From: Tubiluchus corallicola
Lineage: Eukaryota; Animalia; Priapulida
Reading direction: 5' to 3'
Assembly (NCBI GenBank): GCA_030141605.1
Contig: JAQGDQ010000004.1
Coordinates: forward strand, 1,488,001 to 1,552,000
DNA: 64,000 nucleotides
Part shown: positions 11,190 to 21,761 of the stretch, in pieces
How the letters are laid out: every line of letters starts with the position of its first letter
How positions within the stretch are numbered: position 1 is the stretch's first letter
Translations under genes and position numbers: made by a program
The notes under the pieces: generated by a model
What the model was told of the DNA's origin: nothing
Seen by the model: only the letters and a program-made list of their open reading frames with translations
The model's database searches: none

Positions 11190-12269
11190 CAGTGTTGTAG
11201 TCAAGTCTTTCAGTTCAAGTCGAGTCCCAAGTCCTTGGGTTCAAGTCCTAGTCAAATCTCAAGATACTGTGGCCCAAATTCGAGTCAGGTTTCAAGTCAT
11301 TATGCCCAAATCCAAGTTATTAAGTCCTAATCCGAGTCAAGTCTTGAGTCAGTGTGTTCAAGTTCGAGTCAAGTCATTATGTCTACGTCTGAGTCCTAAT
11401 TTACATTCATATGGTCATGTTCAATTTCAAAACGAATTTCAAGTTGGGATAATCCAAGATATAATCGATTGTCGAATTCTTGTTTAATAGTAATAAATTG
11501 TTCTTGTTAATTTTGGTGTTATTTTGCTTACTGACATTTTAAGTTTTGCTGTACATCAATATTTAATAGCAATTTTGCAGTGGTTTTACCGAGTATGGTT
11601 ATACTGAGTATCTATAACGCAAAGTGGCGCTACAGTGCGGAGTGCTAATTATAATCTACAGGAAGTTATTCAAGTTACTTGACACATTTAAGAAGTACTA
11701 CGTCAAAATTTTTAAAATATGCTTTCATCTGACAAACTGAGCTACGTGTGTTCTTACTAACAAATCACATGAACTGAACGCCTATTTAAATAATAGGCAT
11801 ACTAGCAGCTTAAAAACCCTGCTGTTAAAGGGGGTGTTTGATGTATTTTGAATTTTTCTGATTCAATGTCGAGTGTAGGTTTAACGTCATAATAATGCGG
11901 AAACGTTTTTTAACTGGGTGGAGACAAACGCAGTCTGGGAGCCCAGAGACTTTTAGAATTCCATTTTAGGCTAGTATAAAAGATGGCTGTAGATAATGAA
12001 CCTTAATTAGATTGAGCATGGAATTGAAATACTTTTGTAACTAAGATGGTTGTAATTACTTAGTTATAGCACACATAATTATTGGTTGTTTTACTAGTTC
12101 GAGTCTTTAGTCAAGTCATTCCTTCGTTATTTCGAATCCGAGTCGAGTCATTTATTACAAGTCAAATGCAAGTTTCAAATCAGTGATTCAAGTAGAGTCC
12201 GAGTCTAAAGCAAATTGCGATTCAAGTCAAGCTTGAGTCAGAGTTTGAGATTCAAGTACTACAACACTA
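11190..12269. mobile_element. Non-autonomous hAT-type DNA transposon
   Basis: TIRs CAGTGTTGTAGT / ACTACAACACTA; perfect 8-bp TSD GCTGATAT at 11182-11189 and 12270-12277; subterminal arrays of CAAGTC/CGAGTC at both ends; no transposase ORF. Confidence 0.92.
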
Positions 12270-13741
12270 GCTGATATTGTTTTTAACTAGTGATCAGTTC
12301 ATTGATTTATTTGTTGTAATTATTGTTTTCTTAATTATTTATAAAAGTGGGTTGGCCACTTGTGATAATTGCTGAAAATTCTTAATGACTTTTTGAGAAC
12401 TATTCCAAAAGAAGATATTATTTTTATGTGTGTAATGCTAGTGTGTTATGTTTCATAGGTATTATGTTTTTGCACTGTGTCATATTCATCAATGTAATGT
12501 AGGTTAACTTTGTGTTTCGTGTACACTAAACCTGCAAACATTTGGTGAGCTATGCATATGTGTACGTTTTTGTGTGTGAGTATACGTTTGAATATTATTG
12601 CCAGAAATAACTAATTGCCAATATCAAGGATTTTTACAAATGTTAAAGTGTAGTCTGAATAGATTTGTGTATCACTAAATATACAAAAAAAGGAAACTAT
12701 GACACGATTTTAAGTTTGCTACTGAATGCTTCTAAATTTTTCTACGTTGATGCAGGAAAGGCCATGATGCCATATTCTCGAGATTTGCATTTCTAGTCTT
12801 TTCTCCTCTTTAGTATTCCTTACAATAAATGATATGATTTTTGTCATTATTCGGGCATACCACAGGTATCACTTTTCATATTTGCTAACTGATAATTAGT
12901 CTTAAATTAGATTTTCAGTAATGTATTTTCATTACCTTTGACTTTACTTTTCTAAAATGATTTGCCAATGTTACTTCAAGTTCTTGAGACTATACTGTCA
13001 GTGACTAACTGTGTGTGATAAAAGATATCTGGTAAAAGTTTTACAAAGGCTCTATATTTTTTGATAACTGTTAATTTATTCCTGAAAATTTAATAATGCT
13101 TCTGAAGCAAACTTCACAATTACATTTAATAAGGTTTTTAGCAAGTTCATGTACAAGATACGATAGTACACCACATAATTTGTTGCACTGAATTATTCTA
13201 ACTACAGTCATTTTTTCGTAATAAAGAAAAAATTATTTTAATATCGACTTATTATATACTAATATAGCCATTTATTAATACTAATTAGGCTTTTAATCCA
13301 AAAAAACTAGTTGCTTCATATCTTAAAAATATCTCCATCGCTATAAACTTTGATTTTGTTTTGCATTTCTTTATATTTGAGATATTGCACGGAGACTTCA
13401 TTCTCTACAATGGCTTAAAATGCCAATTAGTTACATTATTTCTGAGTTCTGAGACACTCGCTATTAAAGGAGTAATTTCATCTTTTCGAATATTAATGAT
13501 GTAATGTAATATTTATTTCCACATCAAACAAAATAGCATTACAAAATTTATCAAAAAACAACTTCCTACACATTAGCACAATTTTTTCCGTGCATGAAAC
13601 CTATGATACTCACGGTCTATGCCTCGACGAGCAGTCGTCGAATCTGCAGCTCACCGTGCAGATAAATTAAGGGACAAGATAATTATCGCTTTGTCACCTT
13701 TAACTTAATTATCACCATGATCACTAGTTATGCTGTTAAAA

Positions 13742-14277
13742 TTGGTTGCCCCTGAAGAGGCAAGAAAAAAATTTAAGTCATTCCCCCGAGTTACTAACTC
13801 CTTCCCCGAATTGAATTAAGTTGTTCCAGTCAAATAAATAAAGTCCACTACATAAGTAGCTTCTTTTCGCCCAATGCTTACTCTTTCATTTATGTAGACA
13901 AAAAATAACAGTATAATTTTAGTAGCAAATAATTTAATATTCATTCAACCAGTCCATATTTCCACGCATTTAGCGTACACTATTTTACATGTATATAACG
14001 ATGTGATTGACTGGAACAATAAATTGCACTACACTTGCTAAGTCATTTCACTATACTTTTAGTGAAATTTTCTTAGCAACGATAATAACTTACACACTGT
14101 GACAGCAATTGCAGGAATTAACATGGCGCATAAACAACATTAATCATTAGCTTGGAGGAATGATTCAATAACTCGGCGGGAGGGGATTAACGAGTTGTAG
14201 GTTTAACTCGGGGAGACGAGTTAGTAACTCGGGGAATGACTTATTTTTCTTTCGTATGTCCCTTTAGGGGCTCCGTA
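13742..14277. mobile_element. MITE with about 70-bp imperfect terminal inverted repeats
   Basis: GCCCCTGAAG...AAGTCATTCCCCCGAGTTACTAACTC at the left is mirrored by GAGTTAGTAACTCGGGGAATGACTT...TAGGGGCTCCGTA at the right. TSD not resolved. Confidence 0.78.
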
Positions 14278-16646
14278 GTCAGCTGCTTTGATTTGAAATA
14301 CCAACTTGTTACATTTCATTGGTTTTTGTTCTAGGAGCCTATCTTTAAAAATAACTTGAAATTAAATGTACTTACCCAGGTGCAACGGAGTTCTGTCCGC
14401 CCGGTTAACTTGAAAAACTGCTGTTACAACTTATTGAGTTTTTAATGTACGAATTTTGAAAATAAGCATTACATGTGCGTATGTACTTCAAGGCATTATA
14501 AAAAGTTTTAGTTTTTTGCTTTTTTAATAACAGATTTCGTAATTTGCCCGTTTCATAATCTTCGAAATAATCAACAATAACGACTGCACCAGCAAGCAAA
14601 AGTAGTAGTAGATGTAGGCCCAGTAAGCCTAAATGTAGCAATAATAGCAACTGCAGAATTAGCTGGTAGCACCAGAAGTAGAAACGACGACGACGACGAC
14701 GACAATAATAACAGTAGATACCGCTAGTAACAGAATTAGGAGTAGCAGCAGTACCGGTATCAGCAAAATCCTTTGTAATTAATTATATACCAGATTTTTT
14801 TGAACTTGTAAAAGGCTTGGCAAAGACGGACTCTGTCCCTCCACGCCCCATTTAGATGTGTTTTGCTATGTCCCAGAACATATGTTGCCATTATCATGCA
14901 TTACCTGCAGTTCAGCTACTCTTTCACGCATCATATTATGCCACTGCAAGTATGCGAATGTTGTCAGTGACTACTCCGAACAACATGGTTATAACAGAAA
15001 GGAGTTGTTATCTTACATGACTTGTGCAAAAAATACATGAAATATGTAAAAATAAAAAAATACAATAAATAAAAGTCAGTCTCAAACTTAATGAGAACTG
15101 AGAAGTCTAAATGGACAATCCCGCAAACAAGGCTTGAAAGCTGATATCATATGTTAGTTTAATTTATTACTACTACTTAGTACTAATGTACTTGAATAAC
15201 TTTATTGTTATAAAGATAGGACGTTTTTGTATCTACGCATATTGGCTTATTTAAAAAAGTTTCTATGATAATGGTCAGAAAAACCACAATAGTTGACCAA
15301 ATCTCGGCTGTAGTTAAACCTAGAATCTTCTTTCTAAAAAACTATTTTAGGAGGATAAATGGAATATTGGATATAAGTGTAAAGGTCAGTTAGATCACAA
15401 AGCTATTGTCTTCAGTCTTGATTCATTCTTTCAAGGATGTGGCAGGATTTTTAGCATAATATGAGTTTTAGAGATTTAGACGATCCGGAATAGTTGGGCA
15501 AGGGGGCAAAGTACAAACAAACTGAGAGGCAGAAAAACAATTAGAAAAGAAACAGTAAGCAAGCGAGAAGGAAACTCTCTAGGCAAAGCCTTTTTAGTCG
15601 CTATCCAGACTTTATATCTGGGGACAAGAGACTATACAAAAAACTGAAATAATTTATTCTCATTAATGCTGAATCTATAAAAAGAGAAAATATTTTGAAA
15701 TGATCACGCAGTTTCATAGAAAGGTAAATGAAATTTGATTGGCTGTGTGTAAATCATTATTGCATTCTTTCATACTTTCGATAGAACTGTCCTCATATTT
15801 CACATGTGATATGTAAAGATCATTAACCGCCTGCTATGGCAAGCTATAAACATAAAGACAAGAGACAAAGTTACGAAAGCTTGAAAACGAAAGCATGTCT
15901 CACGGTCAGTTGCAAAGGGGAGACTTATGCTTCACTGCCGCGCTAATTATAAAAGAATAATTAGCGATTACAAAAAAACAATGGGGCGAAACATACAATA
16001 AACAGCCAGTTGGCAGCTAAGGAACAAATGTGCAAAATAGGATCCGTCCTTATAAAGCCTGCTTAACTTGAGAAAAATTAGACGATACGTAGAAGGTAAG
16101 CGCAACAGAGCTTGCTACCAACTGAAAGACAAAGTGCACACCCGGATTGTTAGACAGTGTCAGAAAATCATGAGGATAAACAGTGTATGTATACAACATC
16201 ATTTGTCTATTCCTTTCCTTTAATATCGTTGATAAGCAAATATCAAGTAAAAAATAGTTACGACTAGCTGTTTTAAATTGTGGCTATTCTCAGCAATTTA
16301 ATTACTTTTTAAATATTTTAGCTAGAAAATATTTAACATTATAAAATACACACTTCACATTTCTTTTTGTGGCAATTATTTCTTTATTTCTTCAGTTCTT
16401 CTCCTTTCCTTGCAAACTTTAAGCGAAAATATAGATAAATGAGCAAAAGACTCGATGACTTGCCGCTTAACAACATTGGCCATAGCAGAAACCGCAGCGC
16501 GAATACAAGAATCCCTAGCTGGGACAAAAATGATTCTGACAAGATGTAATCGCATGCTGTAGAGTAAAAAATGTCGTATATCTCACACCTTAAATTATAG
16601 TTCTAAGCATTAGGCTTCTAATTAAATATTTTTATCATATTTCTAG

Positions 16647-16722
16647 ATTCTGCTGATGGAAGTAATGTTTTTGGTGGCTGATTCGTTAAGGATTGAAACG
16701 GAGCTGACAGCAGGATCGTCAG
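16647..16722 (+). CDS. GH18 chitinase, probable early exon (ATG at 16656, or continued from a candidate exon at 15700-15723)
   Basis: tctag acceptor and gtaagt donor; reads ILLMEVMFLVADSLRIETELTAGSS(G), phase-compatible with the next exon. Confidence 0.55.
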
Positions 16723-17269
16723 GTAAGTTTTTTAATATCAATAGAATAGTATTGCATTCTACAAACATTAAAGGTTATCAGTTTTTAGGAAGATATTTAA
16801 TTGTGAACTCATCTCTTTAGCACTGAATTGCGGACAAAATGATAATTTTTGAATAACAATATGAAAACGGTACCTGGGGTAGCAGGTATAAAGGATTATT
16901 AATTTCTTAGTAAGATCTGTGGTCTGACTTCCCATTAAAGTTCCGAAATCATTAGTTTATACCTAACAAAATCGTATTATAACATCTTTGTTTGCCATAT
17001 AAATACACAAAAGTTGAGATTATAAGTAACATTCGTAAAACGTTCACTATTGGAGGCAAAGGCGACAGTGGAATACAAAAGTAGGACTGCAGTGAGAAAA
17101 ATAAGAAATGCAAGTACAGTGACAGGCCTAGTTACCAAATAGTTACATAAAAAATCGAATAGGTATAATTGGGGCAGTTTGGACAGTTTACTAGCGCTAG
17201 GGATAAATGAAATCTGCGCATGTGTGTATGTTATCATGATATAGGAGGGCATTAATATCTAATCATCAT

Positions 17270-17420
17270 TAGGGATTTTAAATTAGATTTGAAGGAAGAA
17301 AAGAATTTGCTTAATTTCTAATGTTAGTGAATTCCAGGACTGAGTCGCATTTCTGGCGAAAGAGTTTTTTGTCCCGTAGCGATAACATGTTATTTGCTTC
17401 AAATTCTTTACAGCAGGGTT
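17270..17420 (-). mobile_element. LINE ORF2 3'-end remnant
   Basis: Minus-strand peptide YRYGTKNSFARNATQSWNSLTLEIK resembles the 'YG..SF......WN.L...IK' C-terminus of non-LTR RT proteins. Confidence 0.5.
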
Positions 17421-17688
17421 TCTGATTATTTCTTTATTGTAATTATTGCAACTGTTGCACTTATTTTTTATGTTTCTCACTTCGTTCGATAGCAGAAAAA
17501 TGATTCTTGTCACTTAATTCCTGCTGCTGTTGCTATAGTTGTTTAAGCGAAATAACAAGGGCATCAGAAACGATATAAAGAACAGCATGTTTGTACAAGT
17601 TGTGTAAATATATGTAAGTAACTTTTATGACTGATTTTGGCTAAGATCCTTATTACCTTCTACCAAAGCCTTTACTGTACCGTTTCAG

Positions 17689-17883
17689 GGACTATGGTTC
17701 AACCCACGTCAAGTCAAGACTACATGTCTATCTGTTACTTCACAAACTGGTCTCAATATCGTCCAGGTGCGGCACGGTTTCTACCTGAGGACATCCCGGC
17801 TGAATTATGTACGCACGTTATCTACGCTTTTGCCAAACTCACTACTCATCACACTGTCAGCATTCTTGAACCAAATGATGAAG
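17689..17883 (+). CDS. GH18 chitinase exon (start of catalytic domain)
   Basis: ICYFTNWSQYRPGAARFLPEDIPAELCTHVIYAFA...EPNDE; AG/GT boundaries in phase. Confidence 0.95.
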
Positions 17884-18423
17884 GTATGGAAATTGTAGTA
17901 GTAAAAAAATAACAAGAACGATTAGTTATTTTAATTTTAATTTCAAAATTATCTTTTAGAGATGGAAAGAACTCACAATTATTCATTAAAGGTGAATTTC
18001 CGAAATCTAACTTAATAAAAGGGAAGGAAATGTAAACCCTTGTAATCATAGCAGCTCTTAATTCAGTTCTCGTCGCACACTGACCGGTCCAACAAGTGTT
18101 AACTTACTTGCGCGAGAGTAATAACAAATTTAGGCTAATTAAAAAATTAATATTATCCCTATGATTGCTCAGCGCGAGTAAATTAGTAGTTGCAAATGTA
18201 CCAATTCGGAAGCTTCCAGGATTAGATTGAGATCTACTATAAAAATAAGGAACTGTGTGATTTAGTGATTAAGATGTTGCACCTGAAATCAAATGGTAAA
18301 TTCAGTCAGCTTTTTCAAATTTCTTTTCGTTCAAGTTTGGGTTCAAAAGCACAAGAATTGTAATTGCGTCCTCCTTTGAAAGATTGATAATAACTTTGAA
18401 AATCATATTATATCGACATAAGT

Positions 18424-18722
18424 CAGCGGTTCTCAACCAGTAGGCTGTAACACAAAGTGGCCATTTGGCCTGTTACAAGAATTTTTTCTTTTTAGCCTTC
18501 TTTGTAAATAAAGAGAAGGTCCTGCCAAGAATGGAAATGACATAAACAATTATTACAGTGAAAACTATTTTAGTAGAATTTTTATTCCTCATCTTTTATT
18601 TAATACTTGTAAAGATACTAGGAACAAGATGCATATCTGCCCAAGCCAAGTGCGATCCATAGAAAGTAGTGGGTGCGACGTTTTCTTCTGTAAAAGACCA
18701 AAGAAAACATTGGGAGCCGCTA
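18424..18722. mobile_element. hAT (Charlie-like) MITE in a chitinase intron
   Basis: TIRs CAGCGGTTCTCAA / TTGGGAGCCGCTA; 8-bp TSD ACATAAGT / AAATAAGT (7 of 8 match). Confidence 0.75.
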
Positions 18723-19036
18723 AAATAAGTGATGAGTGATAATGAACCACTCACTGATCATTCCAGTTTGTTGCTGCTGTTGGTGTCATCTTTGTCATCG
18801 CTGTCGTCGTCGTTGCCGTTATTTAGGCACTTGTAATCTCGTGTACTGCTACCGAATAGTGAATGGCTGTCGTTGCGCATATTTTTACTTTTAAGCTAAA
18901 TTAAATAGATTTTGACTATTTTAACAATAGTATCGTAGTAATCGCCACTTAGATTGATCTAGTTTTTAAATAATTTGACATCTAGCGAAAGTTATTGGTA
19001 CAATAAATTTGATTTCCAGATTGTCATATTTATTAG

Positions 19037-19176
19037 ATTTCTATCAACGAGTGATGAAGAAGAAAGAGGAAAATCCCAAATTAAGGGTCTTCTTATCAAT
19101 AGGAGGAGCAAACGCTGGCTCTCTAGTGTTTAGTGATATGGCGCTAACAGCACAAAATAGAGCTATATTTATAAAG
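19037..19176 (+). CDS. GH18 chitinase exon (motif I)
   Basis: (D)FYQRVMKKKEENPKLRVFLSIGGANAGSLVFSDMALTAQNRAIFIK. Confidence 0.94.
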
Positions 19177-19435
19177 GTAAACTACACAGTATTTTATTGC
19201 CAATGCCTAGCAGACCAGGCATTTTTATGCTTTTCTGTCTATTGTTTGTTTTTGTGCAATAGGCCACTCAGCAATTAGGAATTAGCAATTGTAGATTTCT
19301 GAAATAGAGACTCTTTTTCAGGTGGTATTTTTAAGCGGTGCAGTTTTTAGTCCTAGTACTGAAAAACATTTTTCCATTATTTTGGTATGATAACTATGTG
19401 GGTCTGGCATGTTTGTATAGGTTCTGGCTAAATAT

Positions 19436-19570
19436 GTCATCATCGTCATCGTTGGCATCATCATCGCCGTCGTAGTCATCATCATCATCATCGTCGTCGT
19501 TATCATCATCATCATCATCAACACCACCACCACCACCATCGCATCGTTATCATCATCAGCAGCAGTAGCA
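19436..19570. repeat. Imperfect (CAT/CGT/CAC)n microsatellite
   Basis: Direct observation. Confidence 0.85.
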
Positions 19571-19615
19571 CATCGTCTATGTATCCGAAATAGCAGCCCT
19601 TTTTCTTTATTGCAG

Positions 19616-19732
19616 GATTGTATAACTTACCTTAGAAGAAACGGTTTTGATGGGCTGGATCTGGATTGGGAATTTCCTGGAAGTAATGGCGGCAGGCCAG
19701 AAGACAAACAGAATCTCGTATCGCTTGTAAAA
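19616..19732 (+). CDS. GH18 chitinase exon with the catalytic motif
   Basis: DCITYLRRNGFDGLDLDWEFPGSNGGRPEDKQNLVSLVK; DxDxE is intact. Confidence 0.97.
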
Positions 19733-19911
19733 GTAAGTTTTTTAAATTATCAGCGAAACACAAAGGCAATGTTTTCTTATTTTACTACTAGTCAATTATG
19801 GAAACTTTAAGTGTAGTAGTCGTGATTTTAAGTTTTTAACATGGCAAACAGTTGATATTTTAAAGCTGGTAGTTAACCGTTAAAATTCCCAGGTCTTTAA
19901 TTTTTATTTAG

Positions 19912-20036
19912 GAGCTAAAAGAAGCTTACGAAGATGAGGCTAGTCAAATGGGAAAACCACGTTTACTACTCTCTCTTGGAGCACCATCTAGTCCGTTCTT
20001 CATAGATCCTGGATATGATATACCAGAACTTGTTAA
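19912..20036 (+). CDS. GH18 chitinase exon (not in the ORF track)
   Basis: ELKEAYEDEASQMGKPRLLLSLGAPSSPFFIDPGYDIPELV(K); phase 0 to phase 2. Confidence 0.93.
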
Positions 20037-20503
20037 GTATGTTTCGTTTTAGTTTATGCATCGACTAACGAATGCAGGAAATTGTAAATTAGAACCAACA
20101 TGTTATAAACATGATAAAAATTTATTTGGAACAACGGAAGCCATACCTAAGGTCCTAATTTAGAAATGCCGTTACAGTTAATTTATTTAATGATATTGTC
20201 ATTACCTTTATGCAGAAATTAATCTTTAGCTACACAAGTAACTATTTTCACATTCATTTATTTCATCAGTAGCACAATAGATTTACCGTCGCAGTTCGCC
20301 TGTTGAATGACCTGTTCAGTATAAGTTGTAGCGCAAATAGTTGTAGTTTAGTAGTTTATAAAGACCAACTTTCCAGTTGTATGATCTGTGGGAACACCAG
20401 AGTGATCCGATAAACTATATAAATCTAATATGTTTGGGGAAAAACCTGTTTTCAGAATTTGCACATGTGTTGTGATACTGTTTAAACAAACAAAAATTTT
20501 CAG

Positions 20504-20621
20504 GTGGGTGGATTTTCTGAATTTGTTTACTTATGATTACCATGGTCCATGGGAGTCAGTTACTGGACACAATGCACCACTTAGAACAAGAAGTGGAGAA
20601 GAACTAACTACATCTAATGTG
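20504..20621 (+). CDS. GH18 chitinase exon (motif III)
   Basis: WVDFLNLFTYDYHGPWESVTGHNAPL...SNV. Confidence 0.95.
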
Positions 20622-20850
20622 GTAAGAACTTAAAGATGGAAATCTATACTCAAGCCTTTGTTAATTGTGAAGAAACAATTTAACGTATTTATTGCGCGTA
20701 GGTTTATGTAAATAGGTGGTGTGTAAATCTTTTTCAATTAATCTTTTTTAAGCTTTATTAGCCTTTTGTCTGTAAAACTATTTTATTTATGATCCCACAA
20801 AGTAGTTTAAAAACAAAAATTAAAAATGAATGCTTTGGTTATTTTGTTAG

Positions 20851-21036
20851 GAATGGACTATTGATTTTTATCTAAAGTCAGGCGCAGCTTCTAAACAACT
20901 TATCCTTGGAATCCCATCGTATGGACGTACATTTACACTTGAGGATGTTAGCAATAATGGAGTCGCAGCACCTCAGAACGGTGTGGGCAATGAAGGAGAT
21001 TACACTAGAGAATCAGGATTTCTTGCTTATTATGAG
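20851..21036 (+). CDS. GH18 chitinase exon (not in the ORF track)
   Basis: EWTIDFYLKSGAASKQLILGIPSYGRTFTL...GDYTRESGFLAYYE. Confidence 0.95.
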
Positions 21037-21039
21037 GTA

Positions 21040-21236
21040 TTCGAGGGACCAACTTAGAATGTAATGATCGCTGGGAAACTGGGTAGTTCCACTGGTCAAA
21101 GCATCCACCCTGTAAGCAAGAGGTCTCTAGTTCAAATCCAGGCTGTGTTGAAACTTTTTCACATTTTCGGTTTTCAAAATTTGGTTTCAAGTTTCAGTTA
21201 AAAGAGGATTTGTACCATCATTAATGATAATCTTGC
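21040..21236 (+). mobile_element. Second copy of the tRNA-Thr-derived repeat
   Basis: GGTAGTTCCACTGGTCAAAGCATCCACCCTGTAAGC...AGTTCAAATCC followed by a tail ending ATTAATGATAATCTTG, shared with 9520-9712. Confidence 0.65.
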
Positions 21237-21355
21237 TATTAAGATTGTAAATAATTGATTTTATATAGTTTTTATTAAGGTATTTTTTGTTATTCTTGAT
21301 AATTTGCACTGAGCACGTGCCTAACAAACTGATTTGCAGATCTGCACCATTTCAG

Positions 21356-21475
21356 ATTTGCGCGAAAGTAATTCCAGAATATCAGTTGCATTACAGCGAA
21401 GAACAAGAAGTTCCTTATGCGTTTAAAGGAGACCAATGGGTGTCATATGAGAATAAAGATAGCCTGAGCGCAAAG
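21356..21475 (+). CDS. GH18 chitinase exon (insertion domain)
   Basis: ICAKVIPEYQLHYSEEQEVPYAFKGDQWVSYENKDSLSAK. Confidence 0.94.
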
Positions 21476-21761
21476 GTAACTTATATCTTTTACAGCATAA
21501 ACTTGTTGCTTTTCTTATCTACTTTAAAAGCGCATTTTAGAAATGGAATTGTTAGTTGTAATTCTTAATGACAATGTCCTTCTTTATTGATTCTCCACCT
21601 TCTTTCATGTTTCATTGTGCATCCTGATATTAGCAAAAACTTTTGGTGCACCTTACACAAAATTAATGTGTACAATGGTAACAAGATTTTAGCATTATAA
21701 ACATTTAAGCTCCTACAAGCATTTCAAATTTGTGTGTAAGTGCTATTAATTTTCATTCCAG

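Noticed and set aside
4659-13490. Scattered TTAAAGG ends (4659, 11825, 13465) suggesting Kolobok-type elements
   Set aside because: Could not pair the termini into defined elements by eye.
21333-21355. Upstream alternative acceptor TTTGCAG|ATCTGC in the chitinase
   Set aside because: It lies 16 nt upstream of the used acceptor and would shift the frame.
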